DNA from: Pirellulales bacterium
GTDB taxonomy: Bacteria > Planctomycetota > Planctomycetia > Pirellulales > JAICIG01
Length of the DNA: 64,000 nt
Direction: 5' to 3'
Assembly: GCA_035252155.1 (NCBI GenBank)
Contig: DATFDL010000224.1
Coordinates: 2,984 to 66,983, forward strand
In this document: positions 57,192 to 64,000 of the stretch, one piece after another
How positions within the stretch are numbered: the first letter of the stretch is position 1
How the letters are laid out: every line of letters starts with the position of its first letter
Notes under the pieces: model-generated
Told to the model about the DNA's origin: nothing
The model's input: the letters and a program-made list of their open reading frames with translations, nothing else
The model's database searches: none
Position numbers and translations under genes: made by a program

Positions 57192-57291
57192 AATGCTATA
57201 AGGTAATGCTATTCCGCCGGGTTCGCCCAGTCCCTTTGACCGTGCGATCTGCTACAATGAGGGCCGCACCGAGCCGTCTGGAGCGGCCATC

Positions 57292-57564
57292 GTGGGTGAT
57301 CCGACTCGGCGCTGCCATCTCAGACGAAAGAAACCGATGTCGCCCGCTGAACAAAAGGTACTCGCGATTTTCCGCATGTATCGCGTCTCGCCTTACCAGA
57401 TGTTGTGTCTAAATCGCGTCACCCAGGGCAATCTGGAGGCCCCGCTCCAGCGGCTGATCCAGCGGGGGCTGGTCGTCAAGGAACGCACCAAGGACGCCTA
57501 CCACCTGACGCCCGCCGGGTATGTGGCCGCGCAGTCAGAGACCGAGAGCCCAGTGGCGTCGTAA
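57292..57564 (+). CDS. hypothetical small winged-helix-like protein
   Basis: 90-aa ORF. The likely start is the internal MSPAEQKVLAIF (57337). LQRLIQRGLVVKERTKDAYHLTPAGY is wHTH-like. Confidence 0.4.
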   Translation: MGDPTRRCHLRRKKPMSPAEQKVLAIFRMYRVSPYQMLCLNRVTQGNLEAPLQRLIQRGLVVKERTKDAYHLTPAGYVAAQSETESPVAS

Positions 57565-57566
57565 CA

Positions 57567-57648
57567 CGGAATTCATTCCATTCCGTTCAAACACGGAGTG
57601 CATGCTTTTCTTCGAGAGGAATGGAATAAATTCCGTTCTACGAACGGG
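57567..57648. terminator. AT-rich inverted repeats between convergent genes (bidirectional terminator candidate)
   Basis: CGGAATTCATTCCATTCCG (57567-57585) pairs with AGGAATGGAATAAATTCCG (57618-57636) at 17 of 19 positions. A second hairpin follows, CCGTTC-TAC-GAACGG. Confidence 0.5.
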
Positions 57649-57669
57649 GTGCCAGTTGGCTCAGGCCGA

Positions 57670-58239
57670 TCACGCCGCCCGGCGGCGCGGGCGGCACTGC
57701 GCGGCGCGGCGGCGGATCTCGTCGTGCGCGAGCAACTCGAAGCGGGCCGGCGTCTGTTCCGAGCCGGGGCGCTCGATGAATACGCTCGTCGCGGCATGCA
57801 ACAGCCGCGGTACGTAGAACCAGGCCCGCTCGAGCGACTCGGTCGGCTGGTCCGAGGCAATCACGATCAAATCGCATGAACCAATTTCATTCGCCATTCG
57901 GGCCAGCGCCGTGAACGGGTCGCCTGGAATCAGCCGCACGCGCGCCGGCGTGGTCTTCAAGAGTGAGTGGATCTCTTTTAGTGAAAGGCCGTCGCTTTCG
58001 GCCGGCGGGCGCAACTCGAACAGGTCGATGCCGGCATAGTTTACCAGCTCATCCGTGCCGCGCGTGGCCGCCTCGATCATTCGCCGCGCCCGCTGCCCTG
58101 TACGCAAGCCGACTTCCAAAATCCTGCGCGCTCGGTTGCGCCGGATCGCCCGGTAGATGATCCGGTCGCCGGGCGGCTTGGAAAAATACGTAAGGTGCGC
58201 CAGCCGAATCGCGTCGAGCAATCTTCGCATGTTAATCAT
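57670..58239 (-). CDS. class I SAM-dependent methyltransferase-like protein
   Basis: RILEVGLRTGQRA resembles motif I. The size and layout resemble TylF/O-MT family 3 proteins. Confidence 0.5.
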   Translation of the reverse strand: MINMRRLLDAIRLAHLTYFSKPPGDRIIYRAIRRNRARRILEVGLRTGQRARRMIEAATRGTDELVNYAGIDLFELRPPAESDGLSLKEIHSLLKTTPARVRLIPGDPFTALARMANEIGSCDLIVIASDQPTESLERAWFYVPRLLHAATSVFIERPGSEQTPARFELLAHDEIRRRAAQCRPRRRAA

Positions 58240-58303
58240 CTTCGGCAGAAAAAGCGGTAAAGTCGAATGCAGACCCGTGATAGGGCGACTATACTAGACC
58301 CCC

Positions 58304-59368
<1,065 letters not shown>

Positions 59369-59376
59369 CACCTTCC

Positions 59377-60246
59377 ATGCACAAAGGCATCATCCTGGCC
59401 GGTGGCTCCGGCACGCGGCTTTACCCGATTACGCGGGCGGTCAGCAAGCAACTGCTGCCGATCTACGACAAGCCGATGATCTTCTACCCGCTGTCGACCC
59501 TGATGCTGGCGGGCATTCGCGACATTCTGCTCATCACCACGCCGGCTGACGTCGCGGCCTTCGAGCGGCTGCTGGGCGACGGCAGTTGGCTGGGCATCTC
59601 GGTCCATTACGCCGTGCAGCCGCGGCCCGAAGGGCTGGCCCAGGCGTTTTTGATCGGCCGCGAATTTGTCGGGCACGATCCGGTGGCGCTGATTCTGGGC
59701 GACAACCTATTTTATGGTCAGGGTTTTCAACCGATGTTGGCCGAGGCCGCCAGCCAGACGCGCGGCGCCACCGTGTTTGCCTACGCCGTGAAAGATCCCG
59801 AGCGTTACGGCGTGGTCGAATTCGACGACGCGGGCCAAGCCATTTCGATCGAAGAAAAACCTGCTCGGCCTAAGTCCCACTACGCCGTGACCGGCCTTTA
59901 CTTTTACGACAACCAGGTGCTCGACATCGCCGCGGCGCTGCGCCCCTCGGCCCGCGGCGAACTGGAAATCACCGACGTCAACCGCGAATATCTCGACCGC
60001 GGACAGCTTCACGTACAGTGCTTCACGCGAGGCTTCGCCTGGCTCGACACTGGCACCTTCGAGTCGCTCTTGCAGGCCTCGAACTTCATCGAGACGATCG
60101 AGCAGCGGCAGGGGCTGAAGGTGGCCTGCCTGGAAGAGGTCGCCTATCTGAAGAATTTCATTACCGCCTCGCAGCTCGAAGCGCTGGCGGCCTCACTCAA
60201 GAACAGTTACGGCGATTACTTGCGCGACCTGCTCGCACGCGAGTAG
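59377..60246 (+). CDS. rfbA: glucose-1-phosphate thymidylyltransferase
   Basis: [39 protein letters not shown], with the ATG at 59377. The track ORF start at 59233 overlaps rfbB. Confidence 0.93.
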   Translation: MHKGIILAGGSGTRLYPITRAVSKQLLPIYDKPMIFYPLSTLMLAGIRDILLITTPADVAAFERLLGDGSWLGISVHYAVQPRPEGLAQAFLIGREFVGHDPVALILGDNLFYGQGFQPMLAEAASQTRGATVFAYAVKDPERYGVVEFDDAGQAISIEEKPARPKSHYAVTGLYFYDNQVLDIAAALRPSARGELEITDVNREYLDRGQLHVQCFTRGFAWLDTGTFESLLQASNFIETIEQRQGLKVACLEEVAYLKNFITASQLEALAASLKNSYGDYLRDLLARE

Positions 60247-60262
60247 GAGCGGCGAGTTTGGG

Positions 60263-60847
60263 CTACGAGTGTTCGCGCCAAACGTCGTCGGAATAGGTGC
60301 GTTCGACGATCCGCCCGTATTCCTCCAGCGAGCGGCGTTGCCCAACCGAATGCCAAGGATTCACCTCTTTCAGTTCGGGCATGATCTCCAAGATCTGATC
60401 GACCAGGGTGTCGGCCAGCCGTTGAATCGACGGGGTCTGGGCTTTTTCGCGGATGGCCGCCACGGTTTTCATGATGCGGACCAACCGCGCGCGTTGCAGC
60501 ACCGGGGTCGAAAGCGGCGCACCCGAATCGACTAGCAGTTCAGCAACCGGCACTTCGAGCGCCTGCTGCCACTGATAGAGCCGACTGAGCGGCAAATCGC
60601 TGGTTTTTTCCTCCTCACGGCGCAGTTCGCGAATGTCGGTGTGCAGAACTTGTCCGACTCGTCGGAGCGAAACGCCCTGCTGTTGACGTACTTCCTTGAT
60701 GCGGTGCAACGGTGGATCGGATCCCGCCGAGGCCGTCACCGCCGGCACGATGCGCAGCTCCTGCGCACCGATCTCCGAAAGACTCATGCAATGCTCTCCC
60801 TCGTTCGCTCCGTGGATGGGCCTCTCGGCAAGACGACTGCCGCTCAC
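60263..60847 (-). CDS. XRE-family helix-turn-helix protein
   Basis: RIKEVRQQQGVSLRRVGQVLHTDIRELRREEE...LSRLYQWQQALEVPVAELL. The start may be the internal MSLSEIG (60787). Confidence 0.55.
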   Translation of the reverse strand: MSGSRLAERPIHGANEGEHCMSLSEIGAQELRIVPAVTASAGSDPPLHRIKEVRQQQGVSLRRVGQVLHTDIRELRREEEKTSDLPLSRLYQWQQALEVPVAELLVDSGAPLSTPVLQRARLVRIMKTVAAIREKAQTPSIQRLADTLVDQILEIMPELKEVNPWHSVGQRRSLEEYGRIVERTYSDDVWREHS

Positions 60848-61222
60848 TCAAGCAACCCGCTGGCCCCGAGCAGCGATGAAACGCCGATCGGCCATTGGGA
60901 GCTGGATAATCGTCGCGGATCGGTCAGACCGCGACCATGAGCGCCGAAGCCGCGCTAGCTCGAAGATCGACTCATCTCCGTTCGTGGCCGACGTAGTGCG
61001 TCGGGGAACTTAGTGCAACGACAGACGAGATAGCACTATTTCCCGCGACGTTCTTGCCCGTTTACGTCGGCGGCCTGCTTACAGGCTGACCCCTGCCCTA
61101 CCTAAAGACTGCCCCTCCCCAAAGATTGCCCGTCCCCTTAGCTGCCCACGCCCCGTTTTTGCCACCGTCCGCCCCACGGGTCATCATAGGCGGGACATGA
61201 TAGCATGGCAAGTGGCAAAAAA

Positions 61223-61378
61223 GGGTTCAGGGTTTAGGGTTCAGCATTTTCGTTCGGGTCTGTTAGTTTGGCGCAGGCGGTCGGAGCCGCGATCGGTTTG
61301 GGGTACGTTGCGCGCCCGACGGGCTCGGCGCAAGCGATTTAGGGTCGAACAAAATGCTGAACCCTGAACCCTGAACCC
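61223..61378. repeat. 156-nt palindromic element whose arms are GGGTTCA/TGAACCC heptamer runs
   Basis: GGGTTCAGGGTTTAGGGTTCAGCATTTT (61223-61250) matches the reverse complement of AAAATGCTGAACCCTGAACCCTGAACCC (61351-61378) at 27 of 28 positions. It starts 2 nt after the GT2 stop. Confidence 0.8.
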
Positions 61379-61379
61379 T

Positions 61380-62105
61380 CTATTCGCCCCAGGCAAAGGC
61401 CTTGATCCGGTCGAGGTAGTTGGGACGCCGCGCGGCGGCACGGCCTTCAGCCGGGACCGGCTGCGCCGCGTGTCGAGGGGCGTTGGGCAGGCGAGCGGCC
61501 ACGCGTCCCTGCGGCTCGGCGCGCCAGGTTGACGAGCGAGCCTCGACCTCGTGCGACCGATAGCCGCGGTCTTGCAAATACCGCAGCCAATCACTTTCGG
61601 CACGTTGCCGCGCCCAGGACTCCAATAATCGCCGGCGGATCATTTGCCAGGCTGGCGCCTCGCTCGGCAAAACGGCGGGCGATGCCGGAATCGCGCCCAG
61701 CGAATGGTGGCCGCGCCCGGTCACCACCACGTCGGCCGATCGGGCGGCCTGCCACATTTCGGCCAGACACCGCGGACCCGTTTCGCTGCCTTCGCGGCGA
61801 TAGAGTATGACTTCGCCGGAACTATGCCGCAGACCGATCCGCATCACTTCGGCCGCGCTCGTGCGGGTCGGATTGGTGAGTAATTTTAACTGGGGATAGC
61901 AGACGACCAACTCGCCCAGGCTCTCGCGGGTGGCGTCGGTCGAGCCGTTGTCGATCACCAGCAACTCGAAACGGTGAGTCAGTTCCTCCGACGCTTCGAG
62001 CAGTCGGCCGATAAGCCCCTGGACCGTCGATTGGCAATTCAATACCGGAACGAAGACAGACAACAGATTCTTCAACGGACATATCCCCTTGTGGACAAGC
62101 TTCAA
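61380..62105 (-). CDS. family 2 glycosyltransferase
   Basis: LSVFVPVLNCQSTV...ELLVIDNGSTDATRE is a GT2 N-terminal DxD-type fold. Confidence 0.8.
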   Translation of the reverse strand: MKLVHKGICPLKNLLSVFVPVLNCQSTVQGLIGRLLEASEELTHRFELLVIDNGSTDATRESLGELVVCYPQLKLLTNPTRTSAAEVMRIGLRHSSGEVILYRREGSETGPRCLAEMWQAARSADVVVTGRGHHSLGAIPASPAVLPSEAPAWQMIRRRLLESWARQRAESDWLRYLQDRGYRSHEVEARSSTWRAEPQGRVAARLPNAPRHAAQPVPAEGRAAARRPNYLDRIKAFAWGE

Positions 62106-62411
62106 AACCCACCAGCTTTGGCATCGGCCGCCGGAAACAAGCGACTGAAGCCAGCCGGGGAAGTAGAGAAAGACACGGAGTGTGACGGTCTATCGGGCGG
62201 CAACGGCCGCCCGAGAAACTCCGCCAGCGCCGATTGTGCGGCGCGCGACGCCGACTGTGGTGAAGGCGTCGTGCTTGCGTCGGGACGGCCGAGACGACCG
62301 CATCAGCCAGGAGGAGACTGCCGTGTACCACACCTACTTGCAGCGCGCCCGCGGGTATGGCATATTCGGTTTCTTCAACTTCTGCCTCGGCCGAAGAGGG
62401 CTCCCGACGCG

Positions 62412-63167
62412 ATGCAGATCTGGCCGGCGATCGACCTGCTCGGCGCCAAGTGCGTCCGCTTGCAGCAGGGAGACTATCAACGCGAAACGGTCTTCGGCGA
62501 TGATCCGGCCGCCATGGCACGGCATTGGGTCTCGTTAGGCGCCCGCTGCCTGCACCTGGTCGATCTCGACGGGGCGCGCGATGGCCGGCCCGCCAACCTT
62601 GAGAGCGTCAAGGCCATCGTTAATGCCGTTGACGTGCCCTGCGAGCTGGGCGGCGGCATTCGCACCGAAGAAGACATCGTCCAGTTGCTCAAATTAGGTC
62701 TGGCGCGGCTCGTGGTAGGTACGCGCGCGCTCCGCGAGCCGGAATGGTTTTGCCGAATGTGCCGGCAATTCCCAGAGCGTCTGGTGTTGGGTATCGATGC
62801 CCGCGACGGCCGCGTGGCCACCGACGGCTGGCTGGCGACCAGTGATTTGCCGGCCACCGAGCTTGCCCGGCGATACGCGCGCGAACCGTTGGCCGCAATC
62901 ATCTATACCGACATCGCCACCGACGGCATGCTGGCCGGCCCGAACCTGGCGGCCATGGCCGAAATGTGCCAATCCGTGGACCTTCCGATTGTCGCCTCAG
63001 GCGGAATTGCCAGCGCCGCCGACGTGGCCGCGCTGGCGGCGCTGCCTCTGGCTGGCTGCATCATTGGCCGCGCCCTGTACGAGCGCGTACTCACCCTGCC
63101 CGACGCCTTAGCCGCCGCGGAACGTAGAGCGGGGGCCGGGCAGGTTACTCGGAAACCTGAGTCCTGA
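62412..63167 (+). CDS. hisA: ProFAR isomerase HisA
   Basis: MQIWPAIDLLGAKCVRLQQGDY...HLVDLDGA...GGGIR...ASGGIAS. The ATG is at 62412, and the track ORF start at 61974 is antisense overlap. Confidence 0.92.
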   Translation: MQIWPAIDLLGAKCVRLQQGDYQRETVFGDDPAAMARHWVSLGARCLHLVDLDGARDGRPANLESVKAIVNAVDVPCELGGGIRTEEDIVQLLKLGLARLVVGTRALREPEWFCRMCRQFPERLVLGIDARDGRVATDGWLATSDLPATELARRYAREPLAAIIYTDIATDGMLAGPNLAAMAEMCQSVDLPIVASGGIASAADVAALAALPLAGCIIGRALYERVLTLPDALAAAERRAGAGQVTRKPES

Positions 63168-63235
63168 GCGTACAGTAGGCATCACGCTCCGCGTGATGGT
63201 TCGCCTCACGCGGAGCGTGAGGACTACTATACGCC
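63168..63235. terminator. compound hairpin/REP-like element after hisA
   Basis: TCACGCTCCGCGTGA (63182-63196) is the exact reverse complement of TCACGCGGAGCGTGA (63206-63220). Outer arms GCGTACAGTAGG / ACTACTATACGC pair partly. Confidence 0.45.
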
Positions 63236-63243
63236 CGAAATAA

Positions 63244-63285
63244 ACTGAACCCTGAACCCTGAACCCTGAACCCTGAACCCTGAAC
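63244..63285 (+). repeat. six perfect tandem copies of the heptamer CTGAACC
   Basis: (CTGAACC)x6 followed by CTCTC and then the ATG at 63291. Confidence 0.95.
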
Positions 63286-63290
63286 CCTCT

Positions 63291-64000
63291 CATGGCCCAA
63301 CGCACCGTCGGAGACATCCGCAACATTGCTTTCTGCGGCCACGGATCGGCCGGTAAAACGACCCTTGTCGACAAGTTTTTGACCAAGACCGGAATGGTCA
63401 AGCACCCGGTCAACGTCGACGACGGCACCAGCGTCTGCGATTTCGACGAGGAAGAGAAACACCACAAATACACGATCGAAGCCAGCGTCGTGCATTTCGA
63501 GCATGCCGGCAAGCACTTCCAGGTCATCGACACGCCGGGCTATCCCGATTTCATCGGACAAACCATCGCCGCGTTGCGGGCCGTCGAGACGGCAGCCATT
63601 GTCATCAACGCGCACTCGGGCATCGAGGTCAACACCCGCCGCGTGTTCCGTGAGGCCGGCAATCGCGGTCTGGGGCGGATCATCGTCGTCAGCAAGATGG
63701 ATGGCGAGAACATCGACTTTCCCGGCTTGCTCCGCAAAATCAAAGAGCAGTTTGGCACGTGCTGCATTCCGCTCAACGTGCCGCTGGGCAGCGGCCACGA
63801 TTTTCGGGGCGTCGTCAGCACGCTCAAGCCGCCGGCCGACGCCAAAGGCGCGCTGGCCAATCCGTCTGAAATTACCACCTCGTTGATCGAGGCGATCATC
63901 GAGCACGACGAAGAGGCGACGGCCCGCTACTTCGACGGCCAGCAGCCGACCGACGAAGAGCTAAGCCGCCTGCTGCCCGAAGCCGTGGCCGAAGGCGGCC
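63291..64000 (+). CDS. elongation factor G family GTPase, N-terminal part (runs off the window)
   Basis: Not in the ORF track because there is no stop in the window. MAQRTVGDIRNIAFCGHGSAGKTTLVDK (G1), DTPGYPDF (G3) and SKMD (G4). Confidence 0.85.

Noticed and set aside
63244-63285. The tandem heptamers and the 61223-61378 arms as a possible CRISPR array or telomere-like sequence.
   Set aside because: The units are 7 nt with no spacers and no cas genes, and the chromosome context is ordinary bacterial intergenic DNA.

Overview
High-G+C bacterial chromosome segment whose gene content looks planctomycete. It has three DUF1501 sulfatase-like genes, two with DUF1549/DUF1553 (PSCyt-type) partners, plus many Sec/Tat-secreted beta-propeller proteins and an ECF sigma factor. 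I saw no rRNA and no CRISPR. The right third is mostly housekeeping: enolase-superfamily enzyme, PLP enzymes, csrA, tsaC/sua5, yjbQ, rfbB-rfbA, hisA and an EF-G-like GTPase. Five things stand out. (1) A 2.5-kb one-strand array of 19 tRNA-like genes is split by an HNH endonuclease gene (16892-19422). About half are non-canonical, and four carry the same 21-25 nt GC-rich hairpin inside the tRNA body. (2) A ~5-kb visibly AT-richer island (38.1-43.2 kb) is bracketed by 36-nt imperfect inverted repeats. It carries arsR-arsC-acr3, a SWIM-DDE transposase and a well-folded tRNA with anticodon UUA, an ochre-suppressor type. (3) A thioredoxin-fold gene is interrupted by an in-frame TGA followed by a SECIS-like hairpin, so it is either a selenoprotein or a pseudogene. 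(4) Several accessory modules look decayed: MNT-HEPN with a frameshift, DUF3800 with an amber codon, and an ECF sigma ORF with a frame conflict. (5) Several repeat families are present: CTGAACC heptamer tracts directly upstream of two start codons, large palindromes and REP-like hairpins. All calls come from reading the sequence and ORF track by eye. No searches were run, so family names are recognition from memory.
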